Position numbers and translations under genes: made by a program | The notes under the pieces: model-generated | Databases searched by the model: none | The model's input: only the letters and a program-made list of their open reading frames with translations | What the model was told of the DNA's origin: nothing | In this document: positions 17,189-26,331 of the stretch, piece by piece | Layout of the letters: each line of letters opens with the position of its first letter | Position numbering within the stretch: position 1 is the stretch's first letter | DNA from: a virus | Taxonomy: Duplodnaviria > Caudoviricetes | IMG/VR virus record: IMGVR_UViG_3300032241_002115 | Coordinates: 1-58,543 of that record | Reading direction: 5' to 3' (one strand) | Length of the DNA: 58,543 nucleotides

Positions 17189-18022
17189 GTGGCCGAGGAA
17201 CAGCCAGTAGTACACATCGTAATTCCTGATACACAGGCTAAAGACGGTGTACCAACAGATCACCTGACCTGGATTGGTCGGTATATCGTTGATGAGTACC
17301 ACAACAAGAATATCAAGATCATTCACCTGGGTGATCACGCTGACATGCCAAGCCTGTCTATGTACGACAAGGGCAAGAAAAGCATGGAGGGCCGTAGAGT
17401 AAAGGCTGACATTGAGGCAGCTAATCTGGCCTGGGAGATCTTGAACCAGCCACTTTACGACTATAACGATAACCGCCGCAGAACCAAGCACTCCATCTGG
17501 AACCCTGATCGATACATCCTGCTGGGTAACCATGAGGACCGTATCAACCGTGCCACAGAGAGTGACGCACAGATTGATGGCCTGTTCAGTACAGATGACC
17601 TGGACTATGCTCACACCGGCTGGAAGGTTTCTCCATTCAAGGAGATCCTCTGGCTGGATGGTGTAGCTTATAGTCACTTCTTCTATAACCCCATGACAGG
17701 CATGCCATATGGTGGGAATATCGAGACACGACTCAAGACTGTAGGCCATACCTTCACCATGGGTCACCAGCAAACCCTGATGTACGGCTTGAGGTTCGTT
17801 GCTGGTAAAAGCCAGCACGGCCTGGTGGCTGGTGCCTGTTACCTGCATGATGAGGACTACAAGGGGCCACAGGGAAATGCTCACTGGCGTGGCATCATTG
17901 TCAAGCATCAGGTAATCGATGGTAGCTATGACCCCATGTTTGTTAGCTTGGATTATCTGTGCAGGCGCTATGAAGGAACCAGCCTGGAACGGTTTAAAAA
18001 GCTCAAGTATCCACATATGTAG
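17189..18022 (+). CDS. calcineurin-like metallophosphoesterase
   Basis: IPDTQ, LGDHAD, LGNHE, YSH, MGH motifs. Confidence 0.88.
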   Translation: MAEEQPVVHIVIPDTQAKDGVPTDHLTWIGRYIVDEYHNKNIKIIHLGDHADMPSLSMYDKGKKSMEGRRVKADIEAANLAWEILNQPLYDYNDNRRRTKHSIWNPDRYILLGNHEDRINRATESDAQIDGLFSTDDLDYAHTGWKVSPFKEILWLDGVAYSHFFYNPMTGMPYGGNIETRLKTVGHTFTMGHQQTLMYGLRFVAGKSQHGLVAGACYLHDEDYKGPQGNAHWRGIIVKHQVIDGSYDPMFVSLDYLCRRYEGTSLERFKKLKYPHM

Positions 18023-18025
18023 TAT

Positions 18026-19045
18026 ATGAATACTGCGAAAAACTCTGGGCGAAAAAACTTCAAGTGTATTTTTAATGATTATATCACTGATGAGAATCGT
18101 GATGCAGTCGTTCAGTCAGTTATATCACAGTTCCAGGGTTATAACGCTAACCCAGAGGTTACTCTGATTGACAGAGGCTTTGTGCTGTCTCTAGATCTTA
18201 GTGCTGACCTTTCGGAGCTGTCTGTACGTGATAAAATCCTGTGGAACAGATTCATTGAGCGCGTGACCACTCAGGATAGTATCCGCAAGATACAGATATT
18301 GAAGCTACCACAGATGGCCTCACAACAGGGCTCTGTTGGTGCCTTTGGTCCACATGCTACACCGTCTGGTAACACTGGTGTTGATGAAGTGGATGGCAAT
18401 CCTCATCAGGAATATCGTATTGATAATGCTGATCGCCCTGATGGCCCACCATTCACAGCTAGTGTAAAGCTTGCTGATCCTAGTGAGCTGATTCCTGCAA
18501 TCTATGGTCCTGGCGCAGAGCACGGCACACCAACGGATCCTGACCTGCGTAGTGATATCACTAATCCGACTGCAGAGCACAATACAAAGCTGGATTCTGG
18601 TAAGAGCTCCAGCCGACTGTATGGATTCAGAGTTATATCATTTCAAAGCGACACTGGTGGCAGCTTTACTCTGAACAAACCCAATGATTATGGCGCTGAT
18701 ATAAATAACACGCATGCACTGCAGGGAACCAATGAAGATCTTGCAATGCTGCCACGTGGCAACTTCTATAATACAGATATTAATAACGAACGAGGCACCA
18801 GAACAGGTGTAGAAACAGTATCCAGGGGTGATGAAGCTAGTTCTGCTCCACTAGCACTTGCTTCTAAAGACACTGAACAAAAGCCAGTATTCCCTGGTCC
18901 AAATGCAGCAACTTATGCAGTATTGGGTATAGATGAAGAAGATGACCCAACACATGCCATGGGTGGTATAGCAACTGGAAGTATTCACTTTGGTCTTAAC
19001 GAAACATATGATTATCTAGGTGATGTAGATGGCGAAGATTTTTAA
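18026..19045 (+). CDS. hypothetical protein, acidic disordered C-terminal half
   Basis: 339 aa; tiles within the operon. Confidence 0.7.
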   Translation: MNTAKNSGRKNFKCIFNDYITDENRDAVVQSVISQFQGYNANPEVTLIDRGFVLSLDLSADLSELSVRDKILWNRFIERVTTQDSIRKIQILKLPQMASQQGSVGAFGPHATPSGNTGVDEVDGNPHQEYRIDNADRPDGPPFTASVKLADPSELIPAIYGPGAEHGTPTDPDLRSDITNPTAEHNTKLDSGKSSSRLYGFRVISFQSDTGGSFTLNKPNDYGADINNTHALQGTNEDLAMLPRGNFYNTDINNERGTRTGVETVSRGDEASSAPLALASKDTEQKPVFPGPNAATYAVLGIDEEDDPTHAMGGIATGSIHFGLNETYDYLGDVDGEDF

Positions 19046-19589
19046 AAGATACGAATGTGGCCAGGCCCCTAGCAAGTTTGCACCGGGTGACTTTATTCTG
19101 GTATCAACTAATGGCATTATGGCCAGGTTTATCAGATTTGGTCAGTTCATTAGATACCATGGCAAGATGCGCCCGTTTTCTCACTGGAATCACACTGCCA
19201 TGGTGGTCAGTGAATCTGGTGATATAGTAGAGGCAGTTGGTCGTGGAGTAATCACCAGTAGCATCCACGACTACGATGATGTAGAGTACTACTATGTCAG
19301 CACCAAGCTGAACAAGCAGAGCCGCGATCAGGTTGTCGCTGCAGCTAACAGCTTCTTAAAAGACAAGTATTCCTGGATAACCATCTTTAGTATCGCAATA
19401 GAACTGCTCACAGGTGTCAAGGTGCAGCTAACACAATCCAACACCATGATCTGTAGCGCAGTAGTAGGACAGAGCCTGTGGGCTGGTGGTATCATCTTTG
19501 ATACCAACCCCTATCAGATGATGCCAGCAGACCTGGCATGTGCGTTCAACATAAAACTTGAAGAAAGCTTGACTACGCCAAATTCTTGA
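19029..19589 (+). CDS. permuted papain-like (YiiX/YebB-type) NlpC/P60 amidase
   Basis: PGDFIL, WNHTAMV (His), VEA, and C-terminal MICS (Cys) in permuted order. Confidence 0.75.
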   Translation: MAKIFKRYECGQAPSKFAPGDFILVSTNGIMARFIRFGQFIRYHGKMRPFSHWNHTAMVVSESGDIVEAVGRGVITSSIHDYDDVEYYYVSTKLNKQSRDQVVAAANSFLKDKYSWITIFSIAIELLTGVKVQLTQSNTMICSAVVGQSLWAGGIIFDTNPYQMMPADLACAFNIKLEESLTTPNS

Positions 19590-19597
19590 ATTATGAT
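19569..19597 (+). promoter_or_regulatory. sigma70/SigA-type promoter, probably leaderless
   Basis: TTGACT-N17-TATGAT; ATG 7 nt after the -10. Confidence 0.55.
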
Positions 19598-19604
19598 GAA
19601 AATC

Positions 19605-19784
19605 ATGAAAAACAAGATAACTGTAGTTATTAGCTACGATGCATTAAACATCCAAAGTGATGAACTGGCCAGTCAAGAGATCAATGAAACCATCAGTGGT
19701 CTTATGAACAGCTTGCGCACTCAGGTAAACAATGCTCAAGTAACCGTAAAGTTCCAAAACTTTACATTGAAGTCACAAAACTAA
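19605..19784 (+). CDS. small hypothetical protein
   Basis: MKNKITVVISYD...; ATG at the predicted TSS. Confidence 0.6.
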   Translation: MKNKITVVISYDALNIQSDELASQEINETISGLMNSLRTQVNNAQVTVKFQNFTLKSQN

Positions 19785-19793
19785 GGAGATAAT

Positions 19794-20153
19794 ATGTCAT
19801 TGAATGTAAACCGTCTGTTTCAGACCACAACTGTTCGTAATGTTGTTCGCGGAGCAGTTTCCAGCATTGTAGGTGCACTGGTAGCCTGGGGGACCACCAA
19901 GTGGGCCAGCCTGAGTACTGGTAGCCTGTCATATCTGGTACCAGTGTTCTCGAGTGCATACTTTGGTCTGATCCACCTATTGGAGGGCAAGTACCCACAA
20001 CTGGGTTGGCTTTTGGGTGTTCTGCCAAACAAGCCAGAGGTTGTAGTGCCAGCGCCAGTGCCCGCACCAGAGCCAGCGCCAGTTCCTGTCAAGGAGAATG
20101 ACCCAGTGGCCAATAAGGCACCTGCTGCCAAGAAGGCTGCACCAAAGAAGTAG
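19794..20153 (+). CDS. holin-like membrane protein
   Basis: AAGGAG RBS; two hydrophobic segments; LE.KYPQLGWLLG; PA-repeat and AAKK tail. Confidence 0.6.
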   Translation: MSLNVNRLFQTTTVRNVVRGAVSSIVGALVAWGTTKWASLSTGSLSYLVPVFSSAYFGLIHLLEGKYPQLGWLLGVLPNKPEVVVPAPVPAPEPAPVPVKENDPVANKAPAAKKAAPKK

Positions 20154-20160
20154 TAGTTTT

Positions 20161-20183
20161 TCCCTGGTAGCTCAATTGGCAGA
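20161..20183 (+). pseudogene. 5' fragment of a tRNA (acceptor 5' strand + most of the D arm)
   Basis: TCCCTGG-TA-GCTC-AATTGGCA-GA, then an abrupt switch to AT-rich DNA; TCCCTGG can pair with CTGGGGA at 20792-20798. Confidence 0.75.
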
Positions 20184-20235
20184 AACATTTATTAACTCAA
20201 TGATGTAATAATTATGTTTTGTTATACTATCTAGT

Positions 20236-20676
20236 ATGATAAACAAAAATGTTATTGCAGTTAATAAAAGAAGACGAAAGCTAAAGGCTCTTGTTGTTGA
20301 ATACATGGGAGAAAGATGTCATCGATGTGGTTGGGATGAGCACCAATCCGGTTTAATCCCACACCATGTCGATGAAAGCAAAAAATCTTTCAGTATAGGT
20401 ACTGGTGGTCAAACCAGAAGCTGGGAAAAAAATAAACAAGAATGTAATAAATGTATTCTTCTATGCGCAAACTGTCACCATGTAATACATGCAACTAATG
20501 AAGAATATTATTTTAATGAAGATAATATACCTAAATATAATGATTCTATAGGAGAAAAAGCACATAAACAACTGCCTAACTGCCTAGATTGTGGTAAAGA
20601 AATATCAGTTAGAGCCTTGCGTTGTAAATCATGCAATGGTAAAATGAATGCATTAAAAAGATCCGCCCTAGCATAA
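20236..20676 (+). CDS. HNH endonuclease with C-terminal Zn ribbon (homing-type)
   Basis: CHRC...PHHVD...CILLCANCHHVIH; CLDC...CKSC; AT-rich relative to flanks. Confidence 0.88.
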   Translation: MINKNVIAVNKRRRKLKALVVEYMGERCHRCGWDEHQSGLIPHHVDESKKSFSIGTGGQTRSWEKNKQECNKCILLCANCHHVIHATNEEYYFNEDNIPKYNDSIGEKAHKQLPNCLDCGKEISVRALRCKSCNGKMNALKRSALA

Positions 20677-20733
20677 TGGCAATGCACCAAACTGTTAATT
20701 TGCAAGATCTTGGTTCGAATCCAAGGGGCGGAG
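20662..20733 (+). tRNA. trnN: tRNA-Asn (GTT)
   Basis: Full cloverleaf: TCCGCCC/GGGCGGA, GCAT/ATGC, CAAA-CTGTTAA-TTTG, CTTGG-TTCGAAT-CCAAG, discriminator G. Confidence 0.9.
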
Positions 20734-20752
20734 CATAATCCTCATATGGTAG

Positions 20753-20799
20753 GCTGACTGTTAATCAGCGGGTTCCTGGTTCGAGTCCAGGCTGGGGAG
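20753..20799 (+). pseudogene. 3' portion of tRNA-Asn (GTT) lacking a contiguous D arm
   Basis: GCTGA-CTGTTAA-TCAGC-GGGTT-CCTGG-TTCGAGT-CCAGG-CTGGGGA-G. Confidence 0.8.
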
Positions 20800-20802
20800 C
20801 TT

Positions 20803-20892
20803 TAGGAAGGATGCCCTGTATCGTAAGAACAGGGAGTCTGTTCGATCAATGCGCTAGGTGACCTCTACGAACAGGGTGCTGACTCCTTCCTA
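20803..20892 (+). ncRNA. candidate structured ncRNA in the tRNA island
   Basis: 9-bp closing stem TAGGAAGGA/TCCTTCCTA; internal CCCTGT/ACAGGG and CTGTTCG/CGAACAG stems. Confidence 0.45.
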
Positions 20893-20897
20893 TACAA

Positions 20898-20976
20898 CCG
20901 GAGAGGTGCTGCGTTGGTTGCGGCAGTGGAGCTTATATCTCCATGGACACAGGTTCAATTCCTGTTCTCCGGACCA
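20898..20976 (+). tRNA. trnI: tRNA-Ile with TAT anticodon, atypical arms, CCA encoded
   Basis: CCGGAGA/TCTCCGG acceptor; GTGGAG-CTTATAT-CTCCAT; ACAGG-TTCAATT-CCTGT; ends ACCA. Confidence 0.8.
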
Positions 20977-21059
20977 TTTAAAACAACTCCAGTACCACCT
21001 AGATAATGTAGGGTTTTCTACATGTCCAGCGCCACAAGTGGCAGAATACGGAGATTATC

Positions 21060-21503
21060 ATGGCCTCGATGTTTGATTACGACGACTCGGTCAACCTGGC
21101 TTATATTGCCAAGCAGGCAGGTAAGAGCCTCGTTGCTGCCAAGCATGAACTGCTTGAGCGTACCGGTGACTTCCTGTTCCTTGCCCACAGTGATCGTGAG
21201 TTCGCTCTACGCTGCCAGATGGTTGAGCAGGACATCGAAGGCGTTGCTTTCCGTCGCCTGGCCAGTATGAGCGACAGCAAGGCCAAGCTGGTTCATGCTG
21301 CATACGATGAGTGGAAGCTTCGTCATACCAGTTGTGAGATGTGCAAGTTAGGCGTAGCTGAGCGTGAAGGTGACACAGCCGCTGAAGCATACAGTGGTGG
21401 CGGTGATGAACCAGAGGGTGCACCCGACAAGCCAAAGTCCAAGCAGCATCACAATGAATGTACTACTGGTAAGTGCCACAGCGACTGCACCGTTGGCAAG
21501 TAA
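21060..21503 (+). CDS. hypothetical head-associated protein
   Basis: GGAG RBS; KQAG, RLAS motifs; high GC3. Confidence 0.75.
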   Translation: MASMFDYDDSVNLAYIAKQAGKSLVAAKHELLERTGDFLFLAHSDREFALRCQMVEQDIEGVAFRRLASMSDSKAKLVHAAYDEWKLRHTSCEMCKLGVAEREGDTAAEAYSGGGDEPEGAPDKPKSKQHHNECTTGKCHSDCTVGK

Positions 21504-21517
21504 CCATTAATGATAAG

Positions 21518-23050
21518 ATGGCAACTACATTCAATAGTAAAGCAGCCAGACGATACCACAAGTATGAACCAGATAATCCAGCTGACACTCTAGAGTCTTT
21601 ATACAACCTCGCAGAGAGAATGAGAAGAGGGCCAGCTTCAGGCTTTATCAGCGGTCCATCATCGGGTATTGCTAGCCCATTACCAAGATTACCTTTAGCA
21701 CATTTTTCTGATGGCAGACGGGTACGTATCTATCTATCTAATCTTGCAGCTGGTAAAGTAACTGGTATACCGCAAAATCCTCATATAATGAAAGGTATCG
21801 CTGACCTGCTCGATGCTAGTGGCCCACAGGTTCATCAGGTGCTGCGAGCAGAAAAAAAAGCTGAAGAAGAAGCACAAGGCAAAAGAACAATAACAGGTTC
21901 AAAGTTTTTGTTTAATGCTGCTCGTGGTGTTTACGATCCTTATAAAGAACAGCCTTTTAACCAGAGCCCGCATCTAGAGAACCTTGCTCAGGGCCCAACT
22001 ATAGGTGATATATTTGCCGTTTTGGATGAAGAAGATCCTTACTTCGAGCAGGATTTATTCGATGCTGTTAAATCTGGAGACCCCAATGCGCTAAAGCAGT
22101 TTGGTATAAATGAACCTGGCAGTATTGTTCCACTACAAGGCTTATATGAAAAACCAAGCGGTTCAGCGGATGATGAAGATTTTATAGTACGACCTGGATC
22201 ATTCGTTCCAGCAGAAGGTAGTAGAGTGCCTTGCACGAATGAAGACTGTTCACATAATTTCATAAATCTTCTAGAGAACAGCAATCTGCCAAAAGATAAA
22301 TTTCAAATGGATCAACCATTTTGTGATTCATCCCAGACCGTATGTTCTGGGTGTGGTGGCCTACCAATGCTGAAGAGAGACAAGTGTTCTACCTGTGGTC
22401 GCAATGGAATCCTAGAACCAAGTGAAGTTAAACCAGATACTCCTCTGTACGACCCCAGAGCATCAGCTACTAATGCCATCAGCAACTACCTATCCACACC
22501 AGGTGGAGAAACCTATACTGTTGGAGAAGTTGACCCACTACACCCAGAGAATTTTGCTCCAACTCAAGGTAATACTGATATAACATTGCTATGGGATGCA
22601 ATGTCTATACAATCCAAAAAAGAACAAGCAGAAAAAGCAAGACAACAAAGAATTGACTCTGGTTTATTTGACGATCAATATAGTCAACCTGACGAAGAAG
22701 AAGAAGAAGAGACTTCTGTGGTGACAACTTCACCAGAAGACCAGATAGAAGCACCAGCTAAGCCTCCTATCAGGAGGCGTAAAACTAAACTTCATTCAAT
22801 TACTTGCTCATATGGGTGCCAGAACGGTACACTAGCTGGTGCAAGCACAGAGAAAGCTCGTCAAAGAGTACGAGCCATTAAAAACAGTCAAGAATACCAC
22901 AGAGACATGGCAGAAGCGGTTGATGTAGTAAAAAACAGTCGTAGAGTCCATGCTGATTTTCTAGCGTCAAATATAGCTGACGCAATTGCTGGAGTAAACA
23001 ATTTGTATTTTGCATGCCCAGAAGCTAACGATCCAAGTGAATCGGAATAG
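21518..23050 (+). CDS. large Zn-finger-containing protein with FNSKAA leader
   Basis: MATTFNSKAAR; CSGCGG, CSTCGRNG motifs. Confidence 0.75.
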   Translation: MATTFNSKAARRYHKYEPDNPADTLESLYNLAERMRRGPASGFISGPSSGIASPLPRLPLAHFSDGRRVRIYLSNLAAGKVTGIPQNPHIMKGIADLLDASGPQVHQVLRAEKKAEEEAQGKRTITGSKFLFNAARGVYDPYKEQPFNQSPHLENLAQGPTIGDIFAVLDEEDPYFEQDLFDAVKSGDPNALKQFGINEPGSIVPLQGLYEKPSGSADDEDFIVRPGSFVPAEGSRVPCTNEDCSHNFINLLENSNLPKDKFQMDQPFCDSSQTVCSGCGGLPMLKRDKCSTCGRNGILEPSEVKPDTPLYDPRASATNAISNYLSTPGGETYTVGEVDPLHPENFAPTQGNTDITLLWDAMSIQSKKEQAEKARQQRIDSGLFDDQYSQPDEEEEEETSVVTTSPEDQIEAPAKPPIRRRKTKLHSITCSYGCQNGTLAGASTEKARQRVRAIKNSQEYHRDMAEAVDVVKNSRRVHADFLASNIADAIAGVNNLYFACPEANDPSESE

Positions 23051-23056
23051 AGAAAA

Positions 23057-23719
23057 ATGCAGATAGGAATACGTGACGATCACTGTTCATGTGATGAGCA
23101 CGCCATGCTGGAATATTTACAAGGCCAGTACGAAGGAGACGAGCTCAGTGAAGCTCTTCGTGATGCGTTTGGGCCTCATGGTACTCCACAATGCGCCAGT
23201 AATGTTGGCCCTACTGGAGAAGTAGTTGATGAGATGGGCGCAGTCGTAGTGCCAGGCCTCACAACTGCTGTTCGTGGCATTGTTATCCCAAAGAAAAAAC
23301 CGGGTCGATCTCATGGACAACAATTGTCTGGAGGGTTATCTGATGAGGATGCCGTAGAAGCACCTGAGATTAAAAATGAAAAACGTTATTTTGTTGATAA
23401 TCTGTTTGATTCTTTGCCAGGCATGCACTGTGCAGGACATTTTCATAAAGCTATGAGACAGATGAACATGCTGCTTTTAACCATGCACTCATTACTCCCT
23501 CTCGACCCAGAGCGTAATCCCGTTGGTCGAGACTTGGTTAATAGGTTTCATGAGAAAAGAAGATCTAGTAATATCAATAAATCTAACCCTAAGCTGAATC
23601 CAGATTTCAAAATTATTAAACCATCTGATGATGATGATAGTGTTTCTACGCGCATGCCTATTAACATGATTGAGATAATTCCAGAGCATTATGCAGAATT
23701 GTTTAAGGATATTGTATGA
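23057..23719 (+). CDS. hypothetical protein
   Basis: Tiles within the operon. Confidence 0.7.
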   Translation: MQIGIRDDHCSCDEHAMLEYLQGQYEGDELSEALRDAFGPHGTPQCASNVGPTGEVVDEMGAVVVPGLTTAVRGIVIPKKKPGRSHGQQLSGGLSDEDAVEAPEIKNEKRYFVDNLFDSLPGMHCAGHFHKAMRQMNMLLLTMHSLLPLDPERNPVGRDLVNRFHEKRRSSNINKSNPKLNPDFKIIKPSDDDDSVSTRMPINMIEIIPEHYAELFKDIV

Positions 23720-26304
23720 TTATTTTTAATAGCAAGCGTGCTATGAAAAAACTAGCGGCCAGAAGCAAGCCAAGAGTAACAGTCAGCCCAGCAAGGCTTG
23801 ATCAGTTCCGTGCTGCAACAGAGTCTGCTGGAGTAACACTATCCAACAGTGAGATCGCTACCAAGGAAAGAAAAAAGCGCAAAAAGCGATCAGGTGCTTA
23901 TGGAATATACATGCCAGATGATACACAAGGCCCAGCTGGTGGAATAATTGAGGCTATTAGTGGTGACCTGGATGATGTAGACCAATTAGGTAACAGCAAG
24001 GTGCCAACACTCAGAGACCACCTCAATAAATTAGTAGACTCTGGTGAGTACAGCATGATGCCATATCCATACCTGGCACTAACTGGTATACCTCGTTTGC
24101 AGAGATGGATGAGTGCTGCCAAAGAGCGCACAATGGATGTTTACGTACATAAAAGCCACAGTACATCAGCAGGCATAAGCAGTGTAAGCCCTACTGAAAC
24201 CTATATGGATTCCGTTAATCTGCTCAATCAACTTAGTGCAGCTTCAAAAGCTGGAACAACAGTTCCAGCCAAATTAAAAGATATTGATGATCCGTTCATG
24301 CGCATGCTTAGTGATGAGAATGGATTGCGTGCATCCATGCCAGCTCTTTTGAGCGACGGTAAGCGTAAGATGTCTGATATGAACGTTCTAGCAGAGCACT
24401 GTGTTTGTGGGACGCATAAAAAGAATCATGGCACTGGAGCATGCAAAACCTTCCTGCCAATGGTCGTTCCAGATGGTGAAGGTGGCTTCATGGATGGCAA
24501 TGAGTTCCGTTCACAGAACTCTCCATTTCGTGTTGACCTCTCCGCAGATGGTAAATCTGCTACTCGCGCCAGATATGGCAATATCCCAGGGCAAGCCAGC
24601 AAGTCATACGATAAAAAGAATAACATGCTTGTTACTCTGCTAACAGATAGTGCGACATGGTTCCGACGTATATCCAACAGACAACTTGGTCGTTTGGGCA
24701 CTGGACTGATGCCAAAAGACAGTGATACCATGACCAAGAAAAAGGATCCTAGTCTCAAGCCATGTACAAGCTGTCATTCCACCACTCAAATTTATGAGGG
24801 TGGAGAAGGACTAATGTATAATCCTTCAATGCTTGAAGGCATGCATCGTTGGGTGCCAAGTATTGATCCAGTCACTGGCAAGAAAACGCTAAAGCGTGTT
24901 AGTGGTGATACTGCAAATGACTATGCAGTTAAGGGTACACCACCAAATGTTTGTCCTGATTGTGACTGGAGAAACTGGTCTGATGAAGAGCTAGAAGAAA
25001 TCGCTAGAACGGTTAATAAGGATACAACGCCATTAACAGCAGATCAGATGCGTGCGCAGATGAGGATGTTCCCTGGGCACGTCCCAACACCAGGCAAGCC
25101 TAGCGAAATAAAAACACATGGTAATATACGTCAAGAAGTCGCTAACCGCAATGGAGCCCCAGTAGTACAACTCAATGTTCCATACGAGGGCTCGGGAATA
25201 GCACGTGGCATGCCACAACGGTCATGCACTGAATGCGCTGGCGATTTTCACTATCAAAAAGATGGCAAACCTTGTGACTGCACAATCGCTGATGCCAGCA
25301 GTATGAGCCTGCTAGAGCCAGTTGCCCTGCCAGGCATGCCAGAAGCTATTACTCCTGAGGGTGATATTCTAATACCACCACAAATATTGATCACTCTTAT
25401 GAATAATGATCGAAAGAGCAAGAACGAAAATCTGTTCGGTGGCAAGAATGTAATAGAGAATCAGGTAAAAGTTATTGAACACGAGCTTGGTGCTGAAGAG
25501 GTTATACTACCTAACTCTGAAGTAAACTCACCAAAAGCACCATTCGTTGGCAAGCCTTCTACTTATTTCAGCAAGAAATATGGTCGTGTATCAAGGCTTA
25601 GAGGAAAATTTGGTACATTTTCTTCGTGGGTTAAAAGTGATGGAAAACCAGCTCTACCTGACGATTATCAACAGAATGTTAGAGTGGCACTTACTGGTAC
25701 TCCTGTATTGAGTAGTGATAGCAAATCAGCTCTAAGAGAAGTGAGAAAAAATATACTCGCTAGCCCTAATGCAGGAGAACTAGCGCCAACTGCACTACTC
25801 AGAGCAGCTATACAACACATCAATGAAAATCTTGATACCATGGCTCCGCAGTCTGGTGAAACACCACCTATTCCTGATGGAGCAATTGCTATACCTCAAA
25901 ACATGCTATTCGTTAACCCTAAGCATATAACATCTGGTGTTATTAGCGTCGATGATCCAAAATGGAAGGATATCCATAAAAACATCATGCCACATGTTGC
26001 TACAATCACAACAAAACTAGCTGGTCTACAAAAGAGAGGCATACTCGACCAAGAAATATCAGCTGATATTGATAATATTATCAAGCTAGCATCTAATGCA
26101 GCAAAAGTACATGAAGAAACCGGAGCAGTACATATTACTGAACCAGGTGGCCCAGGTATTTCTCAGCAGATTTATTCTTCTATAGCTGCTATGGCTGATT
26201 CGCACAAAAAGCGTGGAGGTGGCATGTATGATCTACAGACCATAATGCCAGAAATAAAAGAGATGATCTGGCCGTACGTTGAAAAACCAGAAGAGATCAA
26301 GTAA
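23716..26304 (+). CDS. large Cys-motif protein with FNSKRA leader
   Basis: 862 aa; MIIFNSKRAMKKLAA; CVCG, CTSC, CPDC, CTEC. Confidence 0.8.
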   Translation: MIIFNSKRAMKKLAARSKPRVTVSPARLDQFRAATESAGVTLSNSEIATKERKKRKKRSGAYGIYMPDDTQGPAGGIIEAISGDLDDVDQLGNSKVPTLRDHLNKLVDSGEYSMMPYPYLALTGIPRLQRWMSAAKERTMDVYVHKSHSTSAGISSVSPTETYMDSVNLLNQLSAASKAGTTVPAKLKDIDDPFMRMLSDENGLRASMPALLSDGKRKMSDMNVLAEHCVCGTHKKNHGTGACKTFLPMVVPDGEGGFMDGNEFRSQNSPFRVDLSADGKSATRARYGNIPGQASKSYDKKNNMLVTLLTDSATWFRRISNRQLGRLGTGLMPKDSDTMTKKKDPSLKPCTSCHSTTQIYEGGEGLMYNPSMLEGMHRWVPSIDPVTGKKTLKRVSGDTANDYAVKGTPPNVCPDCDWRNWSDEELEEIARTVNKDTTPLTADQMRAQMRMFPGHVPTPGKPSEIKTHGNIRQEVANRNGAPVVQLNVPYEGSGIARGMPQRSCTECAGDFHYQKDGKPCDCTIADASSMSLLEPVALPGMPEAITPEGDILIPPQILITLMNNDRKSKNENLFGGKNVIENQVKVIEHELGAEEVILPNSEVNSPKAPFVGKPSTYFSKKYGRVSRLRGKFGTFSSWVKSDGKPALPDDYQQNVRVALTGTPVLSSDSKSALREVRKNILASPNAGELAPTALLRAAIQHINENLDTMAPQSGETPPIPDGAIAIPQNMLFVNPKHITSGVISVDDPKWKDIHKNIMPHVATITTKLAGLQKRGILDQEISADIDNIIKLASNAAKVHEETGAVHITEPGGPGISQQIYSSIAAMADSHKKRGGGMYDLQTIMPEIKEMIWPYVEKPEEIK

Positions 26305-26326
26305 CATGCCCGGATTGGTATAGTAG
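26300..26326 (+). promoter_or_regulatory. putative phage late promoter
   Basis: AGTAACA-N15-AGTAG, 5 nt before ATG 26332; no RBS. Confidence 0.4.
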
Positions 26327-26331
26327 ATAGT

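Noticed and set aside
20184-20752. Group I or BHB intron in the tRNA-Asn
   Set aside because: The insert is almost entirely ORF plus tRNA with no room for a ribozyme core, the break is in the D arm, and the junction lacks about 2 nt.
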